A stretch of 64,000 nt of DNA, from assembly GCF_009914755.1 (NCBI RefSeq), contig NC_060925.1; one strand, written 5' to 3'. A program made the position numbers and the translations under genes. The stretch is from the human T2T-CHM13v2.0 reference genome, Homo sapiens. The notes beneath the pieces were generated by a model. That model searched no databases, was not told the origin of the DNA, and was given only the letters and a program-made list of their open reading frames with translations. Shown here piece by piece: positions 24,216 to 40,015 of the stretch. Every line of letters begins with the position of its first letter. Positions within the stretch are counted from its first letter, which is position 1.

Positions 24216-27133
24216 CTTATACATGCACATGCTGCTGTAAAAGTGACTATGGTTTAGTTAGGGCTTTTCAGATTTGAAAAGTGTATCTGAGGGAATTTGA
24301 CAAAATTATTTTCTGGGAGATTAATGAATAATTAGATGATATTAGAGATATGAATTTGCATGAAGTATACAACTGAAATTCAAGTTTGAAACAAAGACAT
24401 AATGCACACTCTTAAACTAATGTTTAGAATGTTTTGAAATTGCAAATGTCATTGCCATTGGAGGTCAAGGTGACAGCTGGAGAAGGAATGGTATGACTTA
24501 GTGGACAGTCTGTATCATACAAGTATTTAAAATAAAGCTAGTCTTATTCTAGTTTAGTAACCATTAGGTGAGGAGACACAAATATTGATACTAATTAGTA
24601 AAATAAAATAATGAAATCATCATTATTCCTATAAACTTATGCTGCATGAAACCTACAAAATCCTATGGAAAGAATTCTTGATTTCTTAAGCAATCCATTT
24701 TCAAAGCACTACTGCCTTTCAGTGGGATTCCAATTAAATACAAAGGATATCCTAAAGATTTGCCAAGTACTATCTTTAAACGTTACATTGGTCTTCAATT
24801 ATTATGCATTCTGAGCCAATGGCATCTGCGTTAGGAGATATTGCCATGTTCCCACAAATTGTCTCAGATGAAAATCTAATACAATTAAACAGAAAAAGTC
24901 CAGAAATCCCACGATGTCAAATTTCCCGAGCTGTCAGGGATTGCTTCTATTTTCTTTGACTTCTTTTGTTTGATCCTTGTCCCAGTTCGATCTCTGGGCT
25001 TATTCAAACCTCTCTTTTCTCCCCACTTCTCCATCAACACTGACTTTCAGTTTATTGCCATTTTGGGGTCTGGGGTTCCCAGATGTGCTCTACCAAAATA
25101 CCAGACCTCCAGCTAGCATCGCGGGTGAGTGTTCTAAAGAACGCTTCCCCTCTCTGTGGCACATTGTTAAACAAAATACAGCATAGTCATGGGAAAAATT
25201 TGCATTTAGATTACCTTATTGAAGCCCAGTGTCAATACCAAGGATAATGAAAATGTAATTGATCAAGAGGACTCACTGAAGTAACTAAAGAGGCTACCCT
25301 ACACAGAATTCCTGTTTCTACCTTCAGTGTCACAGAGGGTGCGTTTTTTTCCTGGCAGTTTTTGAATACTTCTTTTGTCCTTACCTCCACTCATCAAGGT
25401 TTTACAAATATTCAGGTTTAACCTCATAGCACCTGGCCATGAAATGGGGACATAAGAAAAATCTTTTTAAATAATTACATGACCTATTTTCATATTTTCA
25501 CTGGACTGAAAGTTAAAACAGTCTGCCCAATTCAACCCAAGGAATGTGGCCACCCTAGCGACAAACAGCCTGCAGTCCTCAATCAAAAACCTCCTTTCTG
25601 GCCTCGATCTAGGGAAAGAGTTATCATCCCATGGTGGAGCTTTGCTAGGGTGATTATGCCCCAGCTAGTACTAGTTGGGAACTCCCTATCTTACATGAAG
25701 TTGGTTATTTCTGGAGACAGGAGGATGGGTCAGAGAACCTTGCATTCATCTTCTCCTGCCAGTGTGGTGTGTGATTCTCTGCTTCTCTTCAAGGTCTTAC
25801 TGGTTCTTGCTTTTTCTCCAGCACTCTCTGATTCCCCTGGTGAAAAATTAAGGCATTTTGCCTTCTAAATTTTCTGAAAGCACGTCATGGCTCAAAGCAG
25901 TGGTAACTATTTTATTTCATTTTCTAAATCATTTATGAGGACAGTGGATGGTTTTAATTTGACTCATCCAAACCTTATTATTTCCCAGTAGATGATTTTT
26001 TTTTTCCATTGCCTTGTTTGGCAAAATCCCTGATTCGCCCTTGGCTAATTCAAAGAACAAGCAAAAGAGATGTTTTCAGGTGTCCTTAATCTCAGACTTG
26101 ATAATACATTATGTAGTTATTAAATAAACTTGTCTTGTGGCCAAGGGCAAAATAAATAAAGATGTTTGCTTCGGTGAAGATAGCTCTTTATTTCTAGCCT
26201 TTTCTATATCTTGCCTGGATCTGTGGAGCATTAGCACATTAAAGAGAATCTTCAGCAGTGACTAAAGGCCTTCATTCCCAAGACCATTTCTCATCCTACT
26301 GCTTAATCACTTCTCCTCAAAGTCCAGGCTCAGAGGAGACACATATTTAGGGAAGAATTTGTGGATGGAAAACAGCTGAATACAACCTGGTAGAGTGAGT
26401 CAAATCATCCTAAGGTAAAACAACAAACTATTTGGGGGAAAACAAATAAGTACAGGGACTTACTTTTTATTGATTGTATTCTTCATTAGTTGCATATTTT
26501 TGCTTTCTATTTGGCTTCATTTAGGATCTACATATTTCTACAAATTTCAGGGGTCCATGTCCTTTTGTGTAGACTCCTTGTATTGACTGACCCTACCATT
26601 CACCAAGTCTCCCTGTTGAGATTTAGCCAACATCCTTCTGCTTACCTCCAGGATCTCTAAATGAAACTCTATGATAGGTGCTGGAAGACTGAGCCTATAG
26701 AAAATTACAAACCAGGGGAAACTTTCTTCAGAGCTTTGCAGTCCCCTGTCTAAATGTCCAGTGCTAGTAATGACACAGTCTTGCTGACAATGTCATATAG
26801 TCTGCTGGGATTTGTATAATTTCCCTGGAAAGCATTTTAACAATATGCATCAATAAGCTTACTACATTGATACGTTTTTGTTTGTTTGTTTTTCTTGTTT
26901 TTTTTTTTTCTGGAGAGTAATTTTTTTTTACTATAATTTAAGTTTTAGGGTACATGTGCACAACGTGCAGGTTTGTTACATATGTATACATGTACCATGT
27001 TGGTGTGCTGCACCCATTAACTTGTCATTTACATTAGGTATATCTCCTAATGCTATCCCTCCCCCCTCCCCCTACCCTACAACAGGCCCCAGTGTGTGAT
27101 GTTCCCCTTCCTGTGTCCATGTGTTCTCATTGT

Positions 27134-30961
<3,828 letters not shown>

Positions 30962-30988
30962 TATGATGTTAGCTGGTTATTTTGCTTG

Positions 30989-32036
30989 TTAGTTGTTGCA
31001 GTTCCTTCCTAGCCTTGATGGTCTTTGCAATTTGGCATGTTTTTGCAGTGGCTGGTACCGGTTGTTCCTTTCCATGTTTAGTGCTTCCTTCAGGAGCTCT
31101 TTTAGGGCAGGTCTGGTGGTGGCAAAATCTCTCAGCATTTGCTTGTGTGTAAAGGATTTTATTTCTCCTTCACTTATGAAGCTTAGTTTGGCTGGATATG
31201 ACATTCTGGTTTGAAAATTCTTTTCTTTAAGAATGTTGAATATTGGTCGCCACTCTCTTCTGGCTTATAGATTTTCTGCCGAGAGATCAGCTTTTAGTCT
31301 GATTGGCTTCCCTTTGTGGGTAACCTGACCTTTCTCTCTGGCTGCCCTTAACATTTTTTCCTTCATTTCAGCTTTGGTGAATCTGACAATTATGTGTCTT
31401 GGAGTTTCTCTTCTCGAGGTGTATCTTTGTGGCGTTCTCTGTATTTCCTGAATTTGAATGTTGGCCTGCCTTGCTAGATTGGGGAAGTTCTCCTGGATAA
31501 TATCCTGCAGAGTGTTTTCCAACTTGGTTCCATTCTCCCTGCCACTTTCAGGTACACCAATCAAATGTAGATTTGGTCTTTTCACATATTCCCATATTTC
31601 TTGGAGGCTTTGTTCATTTCTTTTTATTTTTTCTCTAAACTTCTCTTCTCACTTCATTTCATTCATTTGATCTTCCATCACTGATACCCTTTCTTCCAAT
31701 TGATTGCATCAGCTACTGAAGCTTGTGCATTCGTCGCGTAGTTCTCGTGCCATGGTTTTCAGCTCCATCAGGTCCTTTAAGGACTTCTCTGCATTGGTTA
31801 TTCTAGTTAGCCATTCATCTGATCTTTTTTCAAGGTTTTTAACTTCTTTGCCATGGGTTCAAACTGCTCCTTTAGCTCGGAGAAGTTTGATCGTCTGAAG
31901 CCTTCTTCTCTCAACTCGTCAAAGTCATTCTCCATCCAGCTTTGTTCCATTGCTGGTGAGGAGCTGTGTTCCTTTGGAGGAGGAGAGGTGCTCTGATTTT
32001 TAGAATTTTCAGTTTTCTGCTCTGTTTTTTCCCCAT
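30989..32036 (-). pseudogene. L1 ORF1p, disrupted
   Basis: Pieces 31265-31585 (KRPNLHLIGVPE) and 30989-31204 (YPAKLSF); native TAA stop changed to CAA. Confidence 0.9.
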
Positions 32037-33063
32037 CTTTGTGGTTTTATCTACCTTTGGTCTTTGATGATGTTGACGTACAGATGGGTTTTTGGTGTGG
32101 ATGTCCTTTCTGTTTGTTAGTTTTCCTTCTAACAGTCAGAACCCTCAGCTGCAGGTCTGTTGGAGTTTGCCGGAGGTCCACTCCAGACCCTGTTTGCCTG
32201 GGTATCAGCAGCGGAGGCTGCAGAACAGCAAATACTGGTGAACAGCAAATGTTGCTGCCTGATCATTCCTCTGGAAGTTTTGTCTCAGAGGAGTGCCCGG
32301 CCATGTGAGGTGTCAGTCTGCTCCTACTGGGGGGTGCCTCCCAGTTAGGCTACTCGGGGATCAGGGACCCACTTGAGGAGGTAGTCTGTCCATTCTCAGA
32401 TCTCAAGCTGTGTGCTGGGGGAACCACTACTCTCTTCAAGGCTGTCAGACAGCGACATTTAAGTCTGCAGAGGATTCTGCTGCCTTTTGTTTGGCTGTGC
32501 CCTGCCCCCAGAGGTGGAGTCTACAGAGGCAGGCAGGCCTCCTTGAGCTGCGGTGGGCTCCACCCAGTTTGAGCTTCCCAGCCGCTTTGTTTACCTACTC
32601 AAGCCTCAGCAATGACGGGCGCCCCTCCTCCAGCCTCACTGCTGCCTTGCAGTTTGATCTCAGACTGCTGTGCTAGCAATGAGTGAGGCTCCGTGGGCGT
32701 AGGACCCTCTGAGCCATGCAAGGGATATAATCTCCTGGTGTGCTGTTTGCTAAGACCATTGGAAAAGTGCAGTATTAGGGTGGGAGTGACCCAATTTTCT
32801 AGGTGCCGTCTGTTACCCCTTTCCTTGGCTAGGAAAGAGAATTCCCTGACCCCTTGCACTTCCCGGGTGAGGCAATGCCTCGCCCTGCTTTGGCTCACAT
32901 TTGGTGCGCTGCACCCACTGTCCTGCACCCACTGTCTGACAGTCCCCAGTGAGATGAACCTGGTATCTCAGTTGAAAATGCAGAAATCGTTTGTCTTCTG
33001 CGTTGCTCATGCTGGAAGATGTAGACTGGAGCTATTCCTATTTGGCCATCTTGGAACTGCCCC

Positions 33064-33520
33064 TGCACTGATACATTCTGACCTGATAATTCTAAATTTG
33101 GGAATTTATCCCAAGGAATGAATCTTAAATACAGCAAAAGCTTTATGCATCAAGATATCAGTTTCATCATTGTTTCTATTTGTGTGACATTGAAAACAAT
33201 CTAAATGTCCAACGGTGGGGGAATTATCCATAAATCGTGATATACCCACATGATGGAAAATTATTCAGCTTTCAGAAGTGCTATAAGATGGGGAAAATGT
33301 GTATTAGAAGGTGATGTAATGTTAAGTAAAATGTGCAGTATGAGCTCAATACATAATAAAACCTGTATAGAAAAAATAAAGGATGGAAATAGGGGAATAA
33401 AGATTTTGGGGGTAATTGTCATTGAGTGAAATTTTTCTCTTTGTGTTGTTCTTCATTTTCCAAAGTTGATGTAATGAGCATATATAACTTTGTAAATAAG
33501 GAAAAATAAAATTCAGAGGA
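33064..33520 (+). mobile_element. L1ME-type 3' fragment (target of the L1PA insertion; left part at ~26820-26876)
   Basis: tgacctgataattctaaatttgggaatttatcccaagg...gaaaacaatctaaatgtccaac. Confidence 0.7.
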
Positions 33521-33954
33521 AACACTGGGTTTTCACTGCTTTCCAGAGAAAGAGCAGGTAGAGAAGCCATGTGGTAGCTGCCTCTGTGCCCTGCTGGGAA
33601 GGCAAGGGATAAAGGAAACTTTCCTTGATGCGGCTCTTGGGGCTTCCCTTTAAGCCTAGTGTCTTGACTTGTGCTCTGATGAAAAGGGATCTACTGAGAT
33701 TTGGAGAGTTTCTAAGTTTAGCATTAATCCCACCTGAATAAGAGGTTTGAGTAAACTTGCAGGAGGGAAGGGGTTTCCGTGTTTATAAATTTTGGAGTTC
33801 CCTTGGGGATACAATTGCCACGGAAGTCACCACCACTTGACAATAGAAGAACCAAGAGCTATATCTCATTGTTATACCTGTTATACCTCATTGAGTTTCA
33901 GTTGAAATGTACCCCTTCCCAGACCATCCTTCTTTACCTGGTGGGTTCTAAGTA

Positions 33955-34180
33955 CAGGCTCTAGAGTCAGACTGCCTGTTGTTAGATCCTGGTCTCCACA
34001 TTTAGCAGTTGTGGACCATGGGAAAGTTTCTTTACATCCCTGAGCTTTAGTTTCCTCACCTATAAAGTGGGGATAATAATTGCCCCTATTTTATGGGATT
34101 CTAAAGATTAAATGAGATAATTCACACAAAGTGCTGAAGAAATGCACATAGAAAACATTCATTAGATTAAGTTGTTATTA
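33955..34180 (+). mobile_element. MIR
   Basis: ggctctagagtcagactgcctg...agtttcctcacctataaagtggggataataat. Confidence 0.8.
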
Positions 34181-35278
34181 GATGTGATATATTAGCAGTT
34201 TTAAAAATTAATTATAAATTTTTAAAATGATTTATTTTGAGTTTACTTGTTTATTATGTTTCCCTTATTCATATATGATCTCCATAAAGGCGGGGGCTTT
34301 GTTTCTCTTATTAATAAGTAAAACAGAGCCCAGTGCATGGTGAGTGCTCCAGAAAAAATTATTTAATAACAGAATGATCACATGTGCATCTGATAAGGAT
34401 CAATACTCTTCCCTGACTATAAGGATTTGATTGAGTCTACACTATCTGATGTGGATCCATTAGGAAGATACTAGTGGTAGGGGGTCTCTTAGCAGAGGGG
34501 AGTGCAACGGTGAGAGTATGATGAGGGTAGATACAAGGAAGGGCAGTTGTTCACCACAGTAGTGGACATGTAGCTGAATCCAGAGCTGATGTGAGAGGCC
34601 AGGGCTTCAAAGGGCCAAGGAGATAAAAGAAGGGAATGTGGCTCCAGTGCAGAAGACAGGGAGGGGTCTGAGAGTGTTGTGAGGACAGGCTGTGTGCATG
34701 AGAAACCATCTGTATAGGACCCCCAGCAAGGTCACAAAGAGGACAGTTCTATCTCAAGGACTGAGTTCTTTCCTGGAAGCATAGCTAGGACTTTTGTTAT
34801 AGAAGCAAGTCAAGGAAGAGAAAAATTTTAAAGAGTAGATAAAGGAAATGGCCCTAGAAAAGTGACTCCCAGGCCCACATCAAATACTACTTCCATTAAA
34901 AACCTTCCTTGATTAATCCAGCGCAGCCACTTACATGGCATTTAGCTTTCACTGTCTTCTATTTTGAATAATTTGTGTTCAGTACTTATTTGGACTACTG
35001 AATTATACACTGAAGTTTTCTCCAACAGGATGGTTTTGCCCAATTTTGTGACATCAATGGGGAAAAAAAAGCTAGACTGATTAAATCATGCCTCAAATGC
35101 CTTTTTGAATGATTAGAAGTTGATATACCTTTGACTCCTTCTGGGCCTCAAACTGTAATTTCCTTAAACAGTTCACAATTCCAACTCTCTCTCTTTCTAT
35201 CTTTTTCTTCCTGTCTCACATCACTGCCAAAATTTGTCCTAAATGTTTAAGCTATGCTTGTTGTATTAGTTTTGGATT

Positions 35279-35933
35279 TGTAGGGGCCAAGGAAGAACGT
35301 TCGCCTTCGTCCTCTGAAGGTTCGCTGAAAAGTCAACTTGCAAAAGGCAGAGGAATCAGAGTAAAGGCATACAGATTAAGGTGTATATATGGGAGCCTTT
35401 AGATGAAGACCCAAAGATACAGAGGAAATTGTCCATTTTTATGCTTAGGTTCAACAAAATTCCGCAGACAGCTATGTAGAAATATGAATGGAAAAAAAGG
35501 GTATGATGTAATGCTAATAGATGGACTGAGGAAACCCAGCAAGGCCTGTCTAGATTCTGCTTGGCCTCTCTGAGCATGCATTCCTTCCTTCTGGATATAG
35601 GGCAGAAGCCTCTCTGGAATGAGGATCTTATGACCTACAGTCAAAAATGTTAGCCCAGGTAATTTCTTTATGGTCAATTTTTACGCAGAAAGATAGAGGG
35701 AAAGTTAGAGCAATATTTTTAGGTTTTATGGCTGGCTTTGTGGAAAAGAGGTTCTGGTTTCTATGACCTGCCTTAGAGAAGAGGGCTTCTAGTTTCTAAA
35801 GAATTCTCTAGTTTCTACAGATTCTCACCTTGGGAGAGAATGGGACTGAGAGTTAGGGGGGCAGGAGAAGGTCAGAGAAAAACTTTTGCTTCTGAGGCTT
35901 TCATTTTGGGGTATTATTTTTGGAGCCCCAGCA
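35279..35933 (-). mobile_element. MER39/MER34-family ERV1 solo LTR
   Basis: Reverse complement starts TGCTGGGGCTCCAAAAATAATACCCCAAAATGAAAGCCTCAGAAGCAAAAG and ends CCCCTACA. Confidence 0.8.
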
Positions 35934-36569
35934 ACTTCCTTCATATATTTATGCAGATTGCTGTTGTCTAAAATGGTAAACTTTTAGAAGATGGGCACTG
36001 TCTTTATTGGTGTATTAGCATCTCTGCACTTTGAGTTAGAACAGTGATACTAAGCCCTAATTTTTCATTCTCCAGGTGATATTTTTTAGTGACATCCACT
36101 TTTTCTTCTTTGATAGTTCTAACTCCTTGACTAATTCTCAAAATAAATTCTTTTCAATTAACCATAATTTACAAATACTATGTGCAGAGAGTATTTCTAA
36201 GGTTATTTGGAAGCAGCAATATAAACATTTGTCATAACTCCTCCCAAATTGGAAATGGATCTATGAGAGGATAACAGCTAATAGTGTTACTATTCATATG
36301 TATAAAAGTGACTTAATTGATGAGGGTGAGGAGCAGGGCAGGTTAAATCTTTCCTTTTATGAATACTGTTGTTTCCTGATATGCCTAGTTTCAAGAAGTT
36401 GGGCAAGCTAGAAGTTGGATTATGACTTCATCACCTATGACTCACATGGAATGCACAATTTTGATCCAAAACTTTTGTTCTAATAAGATTTCAACTTCCA
36501 AACATTGGTAGCAATGAGAGCCAAGAGCAGGAATGTGACAGTGTGCCAGGTTGATCACAGTGTTTAGGG

Positions 36570-36870
36570 TTTTGTTTTTTTTTTTTTGTGAAATGAAGTC
36601 TCACTCCATTGCCCAGGCTGGAGTGGAGTTGTGCAATCTCGTCTCACTGCAACCTCCACCTCCTGGGTTCAAGAGATTCTCCTGCCTCAGCCTCTTGAGT
36701 AGCTGGGACTACAGGCACGTGCCACCACACCCAGCTAATTTTTTGTATTTTTAGTAGAGAAGGAGTTTCACTGTGTTAGCCAGGATGGTCTCAATCTCCT
36801 GACCTCGTGATCCATCCGCCTCGGCCTTCCAAAATGTTGGGATTACAGGCATGAGCCACTGCACCTGGCC
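36570..36870 (-). mobile_element. AluSc-like
   Basis: Full antisense Alu with ttagccaggatggtctc and gacctcgtgatcc; no clear TSD. Confidence 0.9.
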
Positions 36871-38083
36871 TATGCTTTCTTTTTAACAAAAGTTGTTTTC
36901 AACAAAATTTGACTTTGCTCAAGAATGGCACTAGTTTTTAGAAAAATTTTGGAGTGGTGAAGTCAAGGAATTTTCAACTGAAGTAGATCATGTGCTCATT
37001 GACAGCAGCAAAATGGCATCCGTGGGGGATCCTAACATAGAGGCACCATTTCTCCACTCAGGGAAAGGATTAGGCATAGAAATGCAAACATCAAGCTTTG
37101 CTTGGTACACTATTATTTCCTTGCTGAACTCCAGATGATAAGGTAACCAACTGGCCCTGAAATCGTAAGTGGGTGAATTCAACTATCAGATGCTTTACTG
37201 TGATAAAAGTGTCAATAATATCTCAGACTTAGGCAGTGCTTTGTAGTCTACAGAGAACTTTCATCTACTTTCTCTCACTGGATCTTATCACTTGATTCCT
37301 TATGATAGGCAAAGTTAATATGCATATTATCAAGTCCAGGTCTAGCTCAGTCCTTGCTGCATACATTATTCGTGCTTAACTACTTATAGAATTGAAGTTG
37401 TTGAATCTACGGTTTCAGATAAGAAAAGAATGTTTAATGATTTCTGCAAACTCAGCCATACCAGGTGAAACTGCTAAGACTTAAAGCCATCTTTTATGCC
37501 TTGTGTCCTCTGATGTTGCCATTGGCGCTTGTAAGAACACTTCTTTTCCCCAAGTCACTGTTGATACCAAAGAAAGCTATTATCCCCACATCTATCCCTG
37601 GTGCCACTGAGCGGTAAGGATTTGAACAAGCTTGAGAATAGTGTTTAAAGTAATTAGTTCCATATTAAAAAGAAAAAGAAGAGAGAGTAGGAAGGAGCAG
37701 TAAGCAGAAAGATGATTAAGGCTTTGGGTGTGGATCAGAATGGTATTTAAAATAAATACAACAAAAGTTATCCAATAATCAGTAAACAGTAATATAATTA
37801 GAATTTTTTTTTCCTATTTACTTCCTTTAACATGCAATGGGGGGAAATGGTAACAAAAAAAAAAGTCAAGGACTCAATCAAACAGATGGTTCTCAAGTTA
37901 TTATTTTCTCCTTACTGTTGTTTACAAGAAAAAACTCCTTTAACAAACCGTGACTCACAGATTCCAGTGGGACCAGAAATTCTCTATGTGAAGGAGAGGA
38001 AAATAGTGGGAAGAGAACCCGCATCATAAACTTTTATTATGCACATTATTATGCCTCATTAATTAACCCAACCACTGTCCTAG

Positions 38084-38278
38084 TGACGTCTTGGGCTCAC
38101 TTCACAGGAAAAAATTAGTCTGGATTGCCAAGTTAAATAGACAATTACAGGAAGATCAAATTATGCCTACATTGCATTCTGTCAGGGCATCAAGCCAAAT
38201 TCATGTCAAACTCATAAGACTGGAATATCCTTAAAAAAACAGCCCTGAAGAACCAACGTCACAAGCCATTTGACGTCC
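38084..38278 (+). promoter_or_regulatory. Cluster of three CRE-like (CREB/ATF/CREM) sites; putative promoter
   Basis: TGACGTCT at 38084, AACGTCA at 38255 and TGACGTCC at 38271, with CpGs retained in non-repeat DNA. Confidence 0.4.
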
Positions 38279-38299
38279 ACACGGAGGATGTATTGATCT

Positions 38300-38727
38300 T
38301 GCCTGAGCTTCCTTTCTCAGAATCGCATAACAGACCAAGAAAGAGGGCTTTCTGAGCATCTTACTCTCTTCCACACAGCAGCTGGCTAGATCCTTTGTTA
38401 TGTACAATAAAGCACAATGAAACAGGGAAAAACATCCCACCTCATGAGCTCCATCCCTCATCCTGGCTGGCAGCTGTCACAGATCTGAAGAAACAGCTTA
38501 GACATTTAAAGAGAACAATGAAAATCCCCAGTGTAGGTTTTCCACAGTGGAACCCTTGGTTCTGTCCATGATCTTGAGGAACACTTTTCCAAAAAATCTG
38601 AGCTGAGGCCAAAATGAATAAAGCTCACCCCAGATTTTCAGAACCCACAGTGGAATGCCTGATGTCCCCAGCACCAGAGACAACACGATACTGGAGAGAA
38701 TAAGAACAATTGCCACAATGCTTTCAG
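38300..38727 (+). other. Candidate exon ending at a consensus splice donor (start uncertain)
   Basis: CAG|GTAAGG at 38725-38733, downstream of the CRE cluster in unique sequence. Confidence 0.35.
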
Positions 38728-39705
38728 GTAAGGTGATGTTTGCTGGTGGTTCAGGACTCAAAAAGAGAATTGAATGTGTCTTGTATCTACTGAGGAATGA
38801 AAGTTTAAGAATTTAAGTGTGGAAGACTGGATGCAACTTGGAAAGAAAGCTTCTTCCTGATTCCCATTCTGGGACATTCCTCCTTTATAATCAGAAGTGT
38901 CTACCTGAAGCCTTTTTCCATGTTACTTCCATTTTATGAAGAACCCCCGCTCCCTCAAGTGGTAGAATCTATTTGCTCCCCTCTTGTGGTTTTCTATGAA
39001 ACAAGAATTATGTTTTAAGAATCCTGAGCTCAAACCTAAAGAAGACTAGCAGGTTACATGTTATATCTCTGAAAAATCAGCTGACATATAAGTTCCGCTC
39101 CCTTGGAATCACCATATTGTGAGGAAGCACAAGCTAGCTGAAGGAAGCACCACATGGAGGAGAACCAAAGAAGTCAGAGAATAATGAGAACTTACCCATA
39201 TGGCTTCTGTTAAATTGTCCCAGCCAGCTGTTACTGGTCAGCCATCCTAGCTCATGCCTGGAAATTGCGGAGTAGAGATGAGCTATCCCCACTGTGCTCT
39301 GTCTGAATTGTAAGCAAATAAATGGCTGTTGTTTTCTGGTGGCAAGTGTGGAGAGATATTTTTCCATGCAGATGACTAGAATACCCTCCAAATCTGGCAT
39401 GGATGCTTCTCCTGTGATCTTTGTGCCATTGCGGACCTCCAGCATGTTACTATCCTGCTGCAATATCCAAAACAAAGATGTCTTTCTCTGGCCTTCTCCC
39501 TTGCCCCAATTTTGTCCTCTTTAAGGATGTGGAAACTTATTATCTTAATAGTCGTCACAATTTCTCTTAGGGAGGGAATTCTCTTCATTTGTAAATATAA
39601 GTTTCTGAGCCCCTGGGGATTGAATGCTCTGTGGGCAATAGTCAAGGCTTCCAAGAAAAATGGCTAAACTTGTCTGCCTAGGAAAGGAAGTGTTTTGGAA
39701 TGTAA

Positions 39706-39770
39706 TGAGAGAGAGAGGGACAGAGAGACAGAGAGACAGAGAGAGACAGAGAGAAAGGGAAGAGAGAGAG
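39706..39770. repeat. GA-rich (GAGACA)n/(GA)n simple repeat
   Basis: gagagagagagggacagagagacagagagacagagagagacag. Confidence 0.9.
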
Positions 39771-40015
39771 CTCTGAAGAGGCCCCGGGAGGCAGAAGATC
39801 TCCCCTGTGTAGGGAGGCAACCAATGGACAGTTCCCTATGACCCATGAGAGAAACTAAGGCACATATTGAAATGAAAATGACTACTGTAAAATTTGAATT
39901 TGCCTGGTGTTTTGACATGCTATATCCCTTCCTCCTTGTCCATCTCTTCCCCATAAAACCACCATATCTTACCACACTCATACCAAAAGCATGGGCAACA
40001 AAAGAAAACATACAT

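Noticed and set aside
25479-25868. 129-aa ORF in unique DNA (also 15706, 39664, 52161)
   Set aside because: No domain similarity or splice context; length is compatible with chance.
38498-38761. Minus-strand 87-aa ORF with a transmembrane-like stretch
   Set aside because: Non-ATG start, no recognisable homology, and it is antisense to the better-supported plus-strand donor and CRE arrangement.
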